A stretch of DNA of 61,669 bases, counting the filler, from Dirinaria sp. TL-2023a (Eukaryota), in NCBI GenBank assembly GCA_051941275.1. It is 4 parts of 4 records of this genome, joined end to end, with 100 filler letters (N's around TTAATTAATTAA, not from the genome) between each part and the next. Parts side by side here need not be neighbours in the genome. Positions count along the whole stretch, not along the records: positions 46,362 to 61,669 come from JAVEBF010000554.1; 3 more parts are not named here. The stretch is one strand, 5' to 3'. The translations under genes were made by a program, and so were the position numbers. Under the pieces are notes generated by a model. That model saw only the letters and a program-made list of their open reading frames with translations, was not told the DNA's origin and searched no databases. This document shows positions 48,175-61,180 of this stretch, piece by piece. Position 1 is the stretch's first letter. Every line of letters starts with the position of its first letter.

Positions 48175-51100
48175 TCACACATCCAAACTCCTTCTCACAG
48201 ACCCAAATCCTCTTTTGAGCATTTCTTGCACATCAAAGCTTCTCCTATTTAGGGACGCTTCCTTTGGCGATGTGATTGCATGTCCTTTCCGCCTTTCATC
48301 GTCCTCAACTAGTGTATTAATCCTGTTTGTTTCTCCATGACCTGCACCCTCGGCTCGGTCTTCACTCTCCGAATGTTGTCGCCTCCGTACCCCACCTCGC
48401 TCTTCAGCGCCCGTCTCGCTGAACATGACTCTTGGTCTGTTGAGCAGTTGTTGGACTTCACCCTCGCGTTTCACCTGGTCTGCAACTGAAGGATCGGAGG
48501 TTCGATTGAGGATTCGAGTCTCTTCAACCCATTCACTTGGGCGCCTGGTTGTGCTGAGCAGATTTGGAGAAGTTCCATCCACACCAGCGTGTTTGTCAAA
48601 TCTTTGCTTCACCAACGGATCCTTCTCTAACTCCTGGAAGACATCGACGTCGGATTCCGTTACGAGGCCTTTGAGGCAGCGCAGGGCGATCTCGAATGTC
48701 CAAACGGACACAATAACCATGACAAGAGTGAGCCACCAGAGGGAATTCCTTCCAAAGCCGTATAGCAAGCCATCACGAACATGGTAGATCACGTTGTTGG
48801 AGTATTTTGCACTAAGGATCAGATTCCAACTCCACCAACCGCCAATACTCAAGAGCATGGCGATTACGCAGGTGATGCTCTTGTTATGAATCTCGAGAAA
48901 TTGGAGCTTCGTAGCAATGATAATGACACATGCTGTAAAAGTCAAGGCACCCATGGAATAGAGATCGTTGCTTATATTGGTACGTGCCCGGCCGTATATG
49001 TATAGCATAGGGAAGAAGACGAGCATAGCTTCCGAGGTGGCCATGAAGACCCATGCAACGTAGATGCTGAGATTGAACCCGCCGTTGCAATGACCAAGCG
49101 TATACAATTCGGGAACAGCGAGAAGGGTGGATGGTCCAAGGTCTTTCTCGAAGATACCCAAGAAGATGACGGGCAAGGACGTAAAGAGAGTATTGAACAT
49201 GGACAGAGACCACGGTTCATAAAGAGATGTACCAGTGTAGCCGGCATAGCGCTGGAAGAGCGCTTGTGTAAGGTAGAAGAGCATCTCTTTCCAAAAAGTG
49301 CCGAGGGTGTATTTACAAGTGCGGACGTAGTTCCAGCGGCCATGCACGAGGAGAAGTCGGAGAAGAAAGCGAAACTGGGCGATGGAGTAGTCGGAAGTGC
49401 GAGCTGCCTGAAGACCCTCTTTGCCAGTAATACCAATGCCAACGTGCGCTTCTTGAATCATAGCGATATCGTTTGCGCCATCCCCAATGGCAAGAGTAAT
49501 GGCATGCTTCACTTTTCTTCGAATCGCGCTGACAAGCCAGGCTTTTTGACTTGGAGAAGCCCTGCAACAGACGACCGAGTCTACTAGGATGGCTAGATCG
49601 AGGAATAGCCGCTTTGAAGGTTCTTCAGCCTCTAGTGAGGCCAAAGTTTGCCCGTCGATAACCACCACAGAATGAGCGACACCACCACGGCCGATCTCAA
49701 GAGTTGCGGCAGCCATTCGCTGATCCACATCGCCTGCCTCGTGATCTAACACCGTAATCGAAGAATAATCTTTGATCAAATGGCAAGAATGACCAATGTT
49801 GATGGCGGTCTCTCTCTTATCGCCGGTGAGCATCCACAATTTGATTTTAGCACGCCGGAGCTTCTCAATGGTCTCGGGGACTCCACGCTGCAGTTTGTCT
49901 TCGACAGCTGTTGCCCCTGCAAGCTCAAGTTCTTGCTCGATCAGCTCTCCTGCTCGTTCTACCTGCTCTTTCCGATTAACCAGGCTTGTAGATGCCTCAA
50001 GATAAATCTTTTGCCACCAGGCATAATCCTCCTCTCTGAGGAACCTGTAACCGTAAAGGAGTATCCTGAGGCCTTCAGTGGCAAAGTCGCTGATATGCTG
50101 GAAGCACCTTTCGAAGACCGCTTCCTCATCAATAACGAGAGCTTCCTCAACTAGCTCCTGATCGTCTTCATCCGCACTCTGGAAGGACAATCTACTAATA
50201 GGGCTTAGTAGTGCGTTTCGGTTCGCAAACGTTTGAGACGGTCGAGGCGAGTAGTATGCCTCAGCATTTCCAGACGGGGTAAAATCCACATCAGTCTCGC
50301 GTTCTCTGAGCCAGTCATCCAACTCGTCGGGAATCGATTGCAAGCGTTTGGCAACCATACTTGGCCGTGGAATGCCGCCGAAGCTGTGACGCTGCATACT
50401 AATGCTTGATCGGCCAGTGACAATTGTTTGACCTTGTTGCTCGCTATTTCTCCGGATAACCTCTTGAGCCTCTAAGCTTTGCCGCTTGATAGCCTTCTTC
50501 TCAACTTTCGTAGCCTGCTCTTGCGCAAGAGCCGCCAATCGTAGCCTATGCATTATCATAGAATCGGCGCCTTTACATATGACGCATATGCGGTTGTCCG
50601 GGAACCGCACGATGATTGACATTCTCTTCCTGTTGCTCGAGAACTCAATCAAATCGAGTATCTGGTAAGTCTCTGACAAAGATTCAGCTGTGCCGCTGGA
50701 GGCTAAGGTCTCGATAGTGATGGTTCGAGCTTCTCTATCAACAACAATGTAACCGAGCTCCTGTGCAGCTCGAACTAAGGCGGCTTCGTCTGGAGATGCT
50801 GCCTGGTAATTTATCTCATCATTCTCGCCTTTCTCCGGTAAACAACTATGGCAGAGAGCTATGGAGAGCAGAAAGAACCGAACCTTTTTGGCGAAGATTG
50901 TATGTGGCCGCTGTCGGATGTATCGTAGAAGATCTTCCGTGCGCAATTGCGAGTTATGAGAACTACCAGCTGGCTTGCTTTGGACGTCGGGTGGCACATT
51001 GTAAGGAACAGAAGAATTTGCAAAATCGATTGCTGTCGTTGAGGGCGGTGGCGATCCAAATATATGGCTCGTGCGGGAGTCATTGGCCTGCTGCCTGATG

Positions 51101-53289
51101 GGTTTTTTACCTTTACTGTGCCTGCGCCGAAGTGCTGGCCGTCTGGTTGTGTCATTGACAGAATCTACGCTTATGTCCGAGTCGTGAAGCCACGCTGTCC
51201 CTGCTATGCTCATCTTCCTGAAGCGCATGGAGTTATCGGTCAGAGTACCTGTTTTATCCGAAAAGATGTAATTGATCTGCCCTAACTCCTCATTGATTGT
51301 TGAGGTTCGAACCTCCATTGGCGTTTCTGACGACTCATCGTACATTTCGATGTCGTTCATGAGCGTCGTCTGAAAAAGCTTGACAATCTCCAGACTAATA
51401 TAGAGAGACAAAGGGACCATTGTGTTGAAGAGGATGACGAACGAGGTCAAGATTTGAAAGAATCTTACTTTGGCATCAGTAAGATACCAAGCCTTCCTCT
51501 GGTATATTTTGTCCCAAATCTTGTAAGCCACACTATTGAAGATTGCCAGAGCTATAACAAAAGCAACAATGACAACCACAACTTTGTTAACTGCAGACTG
51601 CAGAGCAGGAGCTTTGATCCTAGGATTTTTGGTAGCGTTCATCCTAATTTTACACTCTTCGCCGGAATAGATGGCCAGGCCGACAACCTCTTGGGTATTT
51701 CTTAAAAGACTTCCTCTGTAGACGATCTCGTTGTTTGTCAACGGAAGTGTCTCTCCAGCCAAGGTGACCTTTCCTTCAAAGTTGTACAGGTCTATATTCG
51801 GATCCTCAACCACCAAATGAGCCCTACATCTAGCGATGTCGTCTACGGAGTCGCAGCTTTTCGCTAACGATGCAGGCACATGCTTGCTCTTCAAGTTTGT
51901 TTCTCCGTCAAGTGCCATGGTCTCAAAATACGCTATTGAATTCGCTCCATTTACGTGGAGAAGGGCAAGGTCAGCTGGTGCTGCTTCGTCACGCTTCAAT
52001 CGGACCAAATCCCCGACCAGGACCTCCTTCCACTTCTTCATTGCCCAGTGACTGAGTCCGCCGCCCGAAGCCGCATCTTGAAGGCGGAGAACAGACGTCT
52101 CCTTCGTGTTCTCAGCCTTATCAAGCTTATAACGTTGAATGTCCTCGTATCCCTCTTTAGCCATCGCAATTGTGACAAAAAAGGCAAGCGGTACGATTGT
52201 AGTATAGTTTCCAGTCGTACTCAAGTCAGGTATCATCTGGAGTATAGAGACGCACAAGAAGTAAAAATTGGCAAGCTTTGAGAATTGTGCGAACAGCTGG
52301 CGTGGCAAAAAGTTCCATAGAGTATACTTGCTCGAACTTATTGTATTGTCAACATATTCTCGGCCAGTCCGCTCGTCAGTGAGAGCCTTTTGCCGTGTAG
52401 GGTCTATTAAGATATGTCGCCCGTCTTTTGATGGGGGAATCTCTTGGACACGCAAAACAGTTTTTCGCGCTCTGTCGTATGCAGCATGCATGCGTGAACG
52501 GAGACTCGCTCGGGCTGCTTGGCTCCTTGCCCACGTCTCGTAGTGCGGTAGAGTAGCTGATCGTTTAGGCGTGTGTTTGGGGGACCGTGAAGACAGCTCG
52601 ATCTCCTCCCGGTCCGGAAGAGCTGGTGACACCGTGACGGTGGCATTTCTTTTCTTGCCCGCTTCGGACGTCGCACTTGCTTCAGACAATCTTCGAAACT
52701 CGGTTGATCCCTCTGGCCTGGAGGGCTCGGACGAAGACCCATGTTCTGATCGGTCCTGGACGCTGCGCGCGAATACCGATCTACGTAGTGAAAAGCCACG
52801 TTGTCGAATTCGAGGTGATATCGGAGACGTGGAGGCGGAAGATCTGGTCGGCGCTGATACTGCGGAGAATGGCTGTGCATCTCGGGAACCTAGCGGTGAC
52901 CATGAACGTCCTTGCGAGCTTGGTCCACTCAGTGCGCTCTGTGTATCGATTGACAGGTTTGAATAGATGAGGGGTCTTCGCGTGCTCTGTCTTGACCCCA
53001 GTGGAACGTGGGGATTATGACTCCCATCCCAGCGATCAGCATCACTTTTACGTGTCTGGTGCAAGGTGGGCTGCTCCTCTTCGTTCGAGGCTGGGATGTT
53101 ATTAAGTGTAGCATGAGGAGTAGTTGTAGAAGTAGAAGCAGGAGGATCGACACTGTTACTATTGCTTAAACATTGCTCAGGATTGAGTTGTTCCGCATCC
53201 ACGACCAGCGAATCTTTATTTTGCTCCGTTGATGCCTCTTTCAAAGGGCCCCCATGGTCTTTCGGGTTTTCATTCTCACCGCTTGACAT
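48175..53289 (-). CDS. DNF3: P4-type ATPase phospholipid flippase, Dnf3-like
   Basis: Single 1704-aa ORF with QFSKLANFYFL, LDGETNLK, phosphorylation site DKTGTLT, SPDE, LTGDKRETA and GDGANDIAM. Confidence 0.93.
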   Translation of the reverse strand: MSSGENENPKDHGGPLKEASTEQNKDSLVVDAEQLNPEQCLSNSNSVDPPASTSTTTPHATLNNIPASNEEEQPTLHQTRKSDADRWDGSHNPHVPLGSRQSTRRPLIYSNLSIDTQSALSGPSSQGRSWSPLGSRDAQPFSAVSAPTRSSASTSPISPRIRQRGFSLRRSVFARSVQDRSEHGSSSEPSRPEGSTEFRRLSEASATSEAGKKRNATVTVSPALPDREEIELSSRSPKHTPKRSATLPHYETWARSQAARASLRSRMHAAYDRARKTVLRVQEIPPSKDGRHILIDPTRQKALTDERTGREYVDNTISSSKYTLWNFLPRQLFAQFSKLANFYFLCVSILQMIPDLSTTGNYTTIVPLAFFVTIAMAKEGYEDIQRYKLDKAENTKETSVLRLQDAASGGGLSHWAMKKWKEVLVGDLVRLKRDEAAPADLALLHVNGANSIAYFETMALDGETNLKSKHVPASLAKSCDSVDDIARCRAHLVVEDPNIDLYNFEGKVTLAGETLPLTNNEIVYRGSLLRNTQEVVGLAIYSGEECKIRMNATKNPRIKAPALQSAVNKVVVVIVAFVIALAIFNSVAYKIWDKIYQRKAWYLTDAKVRFFQILTSFVILFNTMVPLSLYISLEIVKLFQTTLMNDIEMYDESSETPMEVRTSTINEELGQINYIFSDKTGTLTDNSMRFRKMSIAGTAWLHDSDISVDSVNDTTRRPALRRRHSKGKKPIRQQANDSRTSHIFGSPPPSTTAIDFANSSVPYNVPPDVQSKPAGSSHNSQLRTEDLLRYIRQRPHTIFAKKVRFFLLSIALCHSCLPEKGENDEINYQAASPDEAALVRAAQELGYIVVDREARTITIETLASSGTAESLSETYQILDLIEFSSNRKRMSIIVRFPDNRICVICKGADSMIMHRLRLAALAQEQATKVEKKAIKRQSLEAQEVIRRNSEQQGQTIVTGRSSISMQRHSFGGIPRPSMVAKRLQSIPDELDDWLRERETDVDFTPSGNAEAYYSPRPSQTFANRNALLSPISRLSFQSADEDDQELVEEALVIDEEAVFERCFQHISDFATEGLRILLYGYRFLREEDYAWWQKIYLEASTSLVNRKEQVERAGELIEQELELAGATAVEDKLQRGVPETIEKLRRAKIKLWMLTGDKRETAINIGHSCHLIKDYSSITVLDHEAGDVDQRMAAATLEIGRGGVAHSVVVIDGQTLASLEAEEPSKRLFLDLAILVDSVVCCRASPSQKAWLVSAIRRKVKHAITLAIGDGANDIAMIQEAHVGIGITGKEGLQAARTSDYSIAQFRFLLRLLLVHGRWNYVRTCKYTLGTFWKEMLFYLTQALFQRYAGYTGTSLYEPWSLSMFNTLFTSLPVIFLGIFEKDLGPSTLLAVPELYTLGHCNGGFNLSIYVAWVFMATSEAMLVFFPMLYIYGRARTNISNDLYSMGALTFTACVIIIATKLQFLEIHNKSITCVIAMLLSIGGWWSWNLILSAKYSNNVIYHVRDGLLYGFGRNSLWWLTLVMVIVSVWTFEIALRCLKGLVTESDVDVFQELEKDPLVKQRFDKHAGVDGTSPNLLSTTRRPSEWVEETRILNRTSDPSVADQVKREGEVQQLLNRPRVMFSETGAEERGGVRRRQHSESEDRAEGAGHGETNRINTLVEDDERRKGHAITSPKEASLNRRSFDVQEMLKRGFGSVRRSLDV

Positions 53290-54389
53290 GCCAAGGTAGC
53301 CTCACTTCCCGTGGCGATTTGAGCATTAAAATTGTGCGGAAGACGAGACTCGCATTGCTTATCTAGGAATCTCGACTATGTACGATGGCCTTTCGATGAT
53401 TGGAAAGGTGTGCGCAATCACTCCATGGATCGAGTCTCGGAGTCGATAGGGAAAGGAAGGCACGGTACTCTGGAAAGATTGATATGATTAATGTAGCCGG
53501 ACGAGAGGAAGCGGATGAAAGAGAGAGAAGGATGTCTAGCGATTCACATTCCATACAGAGATTCCAACCACGAGTCTCATGTTTTTGTTCCGAGGTTGCG
53601 TACGAATCCCATCCTTGGCTTTAAGTCTCTTGGCTCTTGGCAGCTTGGAAGCGGGTGTCGCGGTCTTGGCGAATGCAGGGTCTTTCTCGGAACAACGAGA
53701 ACAAGGGGGTAGGCTCGTAGGCTCGTAGGATAAGCTATTAAATGTACGCAGCGAGGCAGCGCAGCTCTACATCCCCAAGGATTTTGGGTCGTGCTCAAAG
53801 CGTTACTCAAGATAGTGACTAAAACATACGAATGCGGTTTTTTTTTTTTTTTTTTTTGGGTGCTTCTGGGAAATAGTCTGGGTGCATACTGTACATTATA
53901 CAAGTACTGTAGTGGACGCTCTTGGCCATAAATGCTTGGCAGATTGGTAGATATTATAAAAGTACATAGAGATCCTGCTTCTTTGGTAAATCGATTCCCT
54001 GGTCATACTAGCATTGCGCATACCTAGAGAGACCGCAGTCGTAGCTGACAGAACATAAGCTGGCAAAGCAGCGATAGAAAGCGAAGGAGGGTTCCGTGCC
54101 AGCCAGACAATGGCCGAAGATGGCCAAGTATTACCCAGATATCCACCAACTCCGGCATTCAAGACTCGGAGGTAAGATTAATTAAGCGCAAATTATGGCA
54201 AGTCAGCAGGCAGCGCATGATGGACTCTTCCTTCCTCGGAATCACGCCCCTCCGTCGATGGCCTAGACCTGTCTTGATATATATGTCGTGGTACAACGTT
54301 ACGCTTCCCCAAACGCCCGGGATATCTTCGTCCCTGATACAATGGTTGCAACTGGTAGCAAGAAAAGCACCTCGAACTGACAGTGTCCG

Positions 54390-56297
54390 TCACATATCAG
54401 CGTTCTCTGGGCTGAGACTTGAGGGGTCAATGGTATTGAAGGAGACCAGGTTGTGCAGATGGTCCATCTCTTCACTGGAAGTCTCTTCGTGCATCTGCAT
54501 CGCCATGCCTGGATCGTCTATACGGGGCGAGTGCATTGGCAAGTTCAGGTTCTGCTTCGAATACATCTCGCTCAGCAAAAGCCCATCGTCAGATAGGTTT
54601 GAGTGATGATCTTGCGAGATTGACAGAAATTCGGTGGACGGGCTTCTCCGGAACCCGTTGAGAGGCGGTGACTGATCAGCTATGACCGGGTCCCCGTGGC
54701 TATATGCTGAAAGCGGCGATACTGAGGGATGGATCATGCTCGGATGTTCAAGCATGGGCGAAAGGAATGGTAGACTGTAAGGCTGATTGAAATTGGCAGC
54801 AGGCACACTCTCCATCTTCTGACCCGAAGAATAGAGTCCTGGACTTGCGTACTCTGAAGGGGATGCCGTTGTCGTCGCGGACATAGGATGTTGACGATAG
54901 TCAAATCCATATCCGGAAGAGGTATCAATCCTCAGGTTAGGGCCCAATGGGCCAAGACCGTTATGATGTTGGGGCACAGGGGCATATATGTTGGCATCGG
55001 TGATGTTCGTGGAAGGATGTTGAATGTGAAAAGACGGCATGGGCGACTGGAGTATCGAGAAATCAATAGCAATAGGGACAGATTTGCTTCGCGTTCGCTT
55101 GTGGCCTCGAGAGCCTTGTGGAGGAGCGGTGCCGAACGGTGTCTCTTGAAACACAGCAAGGTGTGGATGAGGCATATGATTCGGCTGCGACGCTGGTCGA
55201 GGTATAGCAGGAGACGTCGGGGCCGAAGCGGCCATTGCATGTGGGTCGAAGGGCCCGTGCCTGTTGCGGAAGGAATCAAGGGACACCAATTTCGCAAGCT
55301 CGCCACATAGTTGTCTTGGGTTACCTCCAAGGTGATGTACCATGACACGGGAAGCTTGCTGTTCTTCAGTGAAATCGCCACATTGGTGAAAGCCGCCAGT
55401 ACCGGAGGAATCCATGAAGAAATTGGGTGCCCGGTTCAGCTCGACCACAAGCCCTCTTGGTCGTGACGGCATACCGCTGGGATCTGCTGGCGAAGCACCA
55501 TTCTCGAGTATGATGTTCTTGATGTAAGAGAACGGGTATTCGATTTTGTAGCCAGCAGAGTCATTATTGATATAGTAAGTCAAACAGGCCTTATCCGGGG
55601 CGTAGAAAATGACGAGATCCATGGCATTCTGTCCGACCCGGCGCCAAGTACCGATGCTCAAAGACTTGCATGTGAAGTGATGGATGACTGTCATAATGTC
55701 AAAAATGAAGAGTACATAGGACCACTCATTCTACTAACCAACTTTACCTGGATTCGAAGACTCTGTATTGACCAGTGTCCCATTGCCGTAGGCATTCATG
55801 GATGCTGGGCTGCGTCCGAAAAGATCTCGAGCCAACGGTTTCCCGGATTCCATTGCCTGGACCATGAGGTATTGGCGCATCGACTCTGGTATGGAGTCAC
55901 AATCCTCGCCGGTTTCGATACTCTTCTTGGCAAGCATCTTAATCTTCGCACGTCTGAAATCAACAGGTGAGCATTGTGTAGGCACCGCGAATTCATTTGA
56001 GACACACCTATTTTGAAACCAGATCTGGACGGATCTCTCGGTCATGTTGATGTCCTGCGCTATACGTTCGCGGACTGCTGCAGTCGGGGTGGCATTCTTG
56101 TTGAACTCTACTTCCAGTGTCCCCAGCTGGTCCTGCGTAGCTCTCTGACGCTTTTGATTCTTCTGTTGTTGAGTGAGTGTGCTTTTTCGTGGAGGTCGAC
56201 GAGGCCCGGACGTGCCGATTGGACCCGCGGTCGGCGGCGAAGGGGTCGAGGTGGAGGTTGAGGTCGACATGAGGTCGATTGTTCTTGGTGACTGCAT
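54390..56297 (-). CDS. Homeobox transcription factor, Pho2/Hoy1-like
   Basis: Homeodomain [10 protein letters not shown]...[16 protein letters not shown], followed by the conserved [17 protein letters not shown] domain; two introns. Confidence 0.9.
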
Positions 56298-58990
56298 CTG
56301 GTAAATGATTGCAGATTTCAGAAGCTTAACACAGTCCGAAGAACTGCGTGCTGCACCGACACGGACAATCGAGTCTCGTGGCAGAATGTTAAGGTCGCGC
56401 GTATGAACAAGGGATTGTATAGGGTAGGTTGCCGAGCTCTAGAAATGCTTCTTGAAAGCTGCCTCGAGTTCCGAATTGTTGTAATGAAGCTCAAGGCTGT
56501 ATATTCAGCAGCAAGGAAAAGAGCTGCGTTGGGGCAAAAAATAGTGGTGGCTTAGAGGCGAGCTGGATTGAAGTGGGATTAATCAGTGAAAAGCAAAGAC
56601 GAAAGGCAGACGAAGGAGTGTAATGGACATCCGAAAGGAGCGACAAATGTCCGTGAGCACAGTAGAAGCAACTAAGAATAATAATAAAAGGAATGACGGA
56701 AATGCCGAAGGGCGGTGGCGACGACAAGGAGGTCGAGAAGATGCAAAGCAAAAGTACAGTAAGTAGGCGATTGTAGAAAGACTGGGGGGGTGTGTGAAGA
56801 AGTTTCGGAGGGGGAGGTACGAGGAGCCCCTGAACCCGTGACGGGCTCGGCGGGCTTGACGGGATTGCCAGAGACCAGAGACCAAACACTGCACAGCGGC
56901 AACGCAGGGTCAGGTCGGCAGCATCTCTTGGCCAAACTCTCTGAAAACTGTAAGGTACAGTAGTAACAGTACAGAGTACGAGCTACAGGTGCCTTAAGGT
57001 ACAGAGTCAGTAAGTACTAACTGTACATAATAAGCTACAGACTTTCCATGCACAAGCGCTGCCCATAGTAATAATATTCTTCTTCGGATTATTCTGTCTT
57101 ACCTCACTACGGTGGTGCTTGTACAGTACTGTCCAGGCTTACAGCATGATTGATTTTGCCTCTCCTGGCCGCAGGCTGTTGGCAGTGAACGAGCTGGCCA
57201 GCGCTGCGCTACGCTCAAGCTGCAGCCAAAGGGCCTCCCACGTGAACGCATCAAAAAAAGGCTTTCCTAGTGGCGGGTCTTTTTTAATGTTTACTACTAT
57301 AGGTCTGACGCATGTTGAACCGTGGTCGAAGATAACCACACGCGGTGAACCAGCCTTCCGTATCTTCCACGAGGGCTTTCTCACTTCCGGCACGGGCACA
57401 TGAACCAGAATGGTCTCTTTGCAGTCGGTGCGCCTTGGACGATGCTGCTCCAGGTACATTGTACATCACCTCACTTTACGCAGCGCTCGTAGCACCACCG
57501 TCGGCGCCACCATGTCAAGAATAGCCGGCGGCTCAACTTGCTCCGTCTACATGACCAAACATACTAACATAGGCTCGATAGTCGATAGGATGGATCAGGG
57601 CTTCGGAAAAAGGTTCGGCAACTTTCAGCCCTTAGGTCAGCAGGTGTTGGTGCTGCAGGCTGCTGTTAGGTTGGTCTTAGTCGTTGCTGGGCGGTTAAGG
57701 TAGGATTCTGAGGGGCTCTTGAAGCGGGCAACAGTGTTGAGCGGTTGAGCCGGACTATCTTTTGACTCAGAAGCAGACTTTTTGCTGGTTGCCTGCGGGG
57801 CCAGAGCGGGATTGCAGGCTGCGGTGAACCACAACTTCTGCGCGACTGCAGGTGGGCGATAGGAACAGGTATAGCTCGTCGTTTCAGGATGCTGCGCTAA
57901 TGCCAGGCACCCGCCCTGGACCCCTGGTTCCTTGGTCATTGTTTTTTTTTGCAGAGCAAATCGCCGTTCAATCGCCCTACTTACTTAGTACTTACCTTTT
58001 CATAAGCCTCCATTCATGATTATTATTATGATTATTTTTATTATGATCCTTATGCCTACTCATCAGCGCGTAGACCAGTGCTGCATCATCAGAATTATGA
58101 AAGGATCGTCGCCAAAACTCGGCACCATTCATGATTATTATTCGTGCCAGTAGCATTCGACGTGGCCCTTTGCGCATCAGCACTCACTCATGTCAGACTC
58201 ATGTTTATTATTATTGCCGTGCCGCCGTGTCGCAAGCATTCCCCTATCATGCAGTCGTTTTCTCGGTGTTGTCATACTATGCATATTATTGTTACTAAAC
58301 ATATACACTGCTACACCACACCCTCCTCGGACATGTGCGGCGGGCCATTGCCCATGATCCAGCAAGCCTCTCCCCCCTTCAAGGGGCTTGCAGGTTCCGC
58401 CCCAAGAAGGTTGCAAACAATATGTAAGGCGGTATCTTCTCGTTCTTATCACAACACTCACGCATTAAGTTCTGCCAATGGTTTAAGAATGACTGGTAGG
58501 CATTGGCTCGAGACCCAAACAGGAATCGACCCTGGCTGCGAAATCCTTGCGGGATCGGTATATCTCACGGCTACACTATATTCAGCACGGATCGACCTCT
58601 TGACACCATTCGCCACAGAATTTGTCTGCAACAGCTTTGTTCGTTAGGGCGTTCAATCAGACAACGACCATTTGCAAGAAGGATGTATGCTATGGCGATT
58701 TCGAGGTTTTTTGAGCTGCTATCCGAAAGCCCCGTCAAGGCTCCCTACGTCCCGCGGCGACAGACATGTCCAGTATGGCTATCCATCGTCGGTTCCATAA
58801 CGTTCCTCAGACGAGGGAGATTAGCTTGATTGCGTTTCGGTACGCCGCCCATTGATGCAAGCCTCCACAATGATCTGATTATCAACGCGATCGCATACTT
58901 TTCCAGCTATGCGGGCAACTTAAGGATCGGCGCAGTCAGCCTTGTGCAAGGTACGCTGCAGAGGCTCAAGAGTGCCTGACATCCATTGTA

Positions 58991-59803
58991 TCATGGTTGC
59001 GGTGGCGTTAGACCGTAATGAGCGAGGAAGGCAGGCAAGTGCCTCTCGCACCTGGCTAACTACACCGAACACATTAACCCGTAATGCTACAAACATCAGG
59101 CATAATATTCAGTAACTTACGAGGCTCTTGTTAGGGATAATCCCATCTTTAATCCACAAGCCCCAGAATCCGTACATGTTTGCCATTATTATATCAGTGG
59201 ACAGGCGATCGCCAACCACCGCGATTTGATTGGCTCTGTTCACTCCAGTCTCCGGCCTCTCAAGAAAGTGGTCCAGAATTTGCGCGCCGCAACCGGGTTT
59301 CTTCGTCGAATGTTTCAATACTTCTACCCCCGTAGCACGTTGAAGGATCTCTGCCTCTTTACCGTCTACATCATCATTGGTACCAGTGGAATTGCTGACT
59401 ATCAGCAGCCGGCTGCCTGGGTAGGCTCTGCTTAAAGCTCGAAAATGAATCTGAACTATGACTCAGCTTCGCTGAAAACAATACAAAGCCATTCCACGGA
59501 GTAAACGCCGTATCATTCTCAAGTACGACAAATGGAAAAAAGAGAAGAGATGCACTTCTGAGAATTTAGAGCTTAACTTACGTAATAAGGCTTATAGATT
59601 ACATTCTCTAGCGGCCTAGCAAAGCAATCATCCTTGTCGAGCACGACAGCTCTGATGTCAGGATCATGTCCATGATTGAACCTGGCAAAGGCCTTGGATA
59701 GTGGGATGGGTAGATCATTGAATGTAGATACTGTAGCGTGAGGTAAACAGAGTGATGGTTTGTATACAAGCTTGAAAATGTTCAAAGATGCAGAGACGTT
59801 CAT
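58991..59803 (-). CDS. GEP4: Mitochondrial phosphatidylglycerophosphatase (HAD IIIA)
   Basis: AVVLDKDDCF, LLIVSNSTG, HSTKKPGC and VVGDRLSTDI; two introns; stop at 58991-58993. Confidence 0.88.
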
Positions 59804-60145
59804 TGAGTAAAAGACTCACATTAGAATAATCGATACCTGGAAAGATTAAAAGGTAAAAGGACATTTTCAAATGTTCAGCTTGAGGGAGAGGTAAGATACA
59901 TGTGAGAAATAATAAGGTATCTTAGAGTGCGTAATTTACTCCAAAAAAGCTGAAAAAGCTCAGCAGAATGGCACTACATTTTTAGTAACGAGCATTAGCG
60001 CCGTTTAAAAACAACGCTGCCCATCCCATCTTAAGGCCTACCTTATATCTCAATCAGACCTGATCCTTCGTCGAGCGCTACATCACAGTGCAGCCAAGCC
60101 ATTCGTTCCTATAATTTTTGTGCAATTGGTGCAGACTCCCTAACG

Positions 60146-60758
60146 ATGACGAGCACAATCGGTATCCCCATCAAGCTCCTGAATGAAGCCCAGGTGAGCA
60201 AGAGCATCGTTCCCCCACAGCCGCTATAGAATCGCAGCTAATACTTCCCTTGATCACCATAGAACCATGTCGTTACCCTCGAGATTACGTCTGGCCAAGT
60301 GTACAGGGGGAAGCTCATCGAAGGTATGGGTCCTCATTTTTCTAGGAGGTCCATTGAGACAGCCCTGTTCCCATCAAGTTCACGCTGTGCCATTCGCTAA
60401 TTCAGACCCTTTACCAACTGTAGCCGAGGACAATATGAACGTTCAGTTGAAAGATATCACGGTCACCGCGCGCGATGGCCGAGTCAGTCATTTGGATCAA
60501 GTTTACATCAGAGGGAGTCATGTCAGATTTTTCATCGTCCCGGATATGCTGAGGTAAGGCCCTCCCTGAGCCTAGGTCTTTGGCTAGGCCACGAGGAACA
60601 TCGTTTATTTGTGGAAGAGTGTTTGAGACTAATTGGAGCACGTCCTCAGGAATGCGCCCATGTTCCGATCGAGAGGAACGAGGGGACGAGGTGTAGGGTT
60701 GGCGAGAGGAAGAGCTACTGTGAATAGGGCGAGAGGGCAGAGAGGAGGCAGGGGATGA
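60146..60758 (+). CDS. SMD3: Small nuclear ribonucleoprotein Sm D3
   Basis: [55 protein letters not shown] and an RG-rich tail; three introns. Confidence 0.95.
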
Positions 60759-61042
60759 TAAGAATATTGCTTTTGGAATAGCAAATCTTCAAGGAACCGG
60801 GAAGAGCCTGTAAAAGGGGCTTGACAAGAGAAGATTTAAGAGCGCCCGGCGGCCAGTGGAAATTTCCTGCACTGGAAAGATCCGCAAAAATTATTAGAGC
60901 CAGAGATACCCCTCGAAACGAGTATACCTTTTGAACCGACCATTTATAAGTTAGAACCAATTCGCAACCATGTAATAAAATTAATCCTAGTAACTTTGAC
61001 GTACTGCTTTCCCTTGTCTCCCACTCTGGCTTCTCCCCCACC

Positions 61043-61147
61043 ATGTCTCCTACAACAACCCCGCCAACGATCGACCATCCGCTCCGCCTCCTCTACCTCT
61101 CTCCACCAGAAACTCCGACACCAGCCCCTCTACAAGGTCCAAATCAT

Positions 61148-61180
<33 letters not shown>

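Noticed and set aside
48425..52970. Numerous plus-strand ORFs within the flippase gene
   Set aside because: They are antisense or alternate-frame by-products of a long coding sequence.
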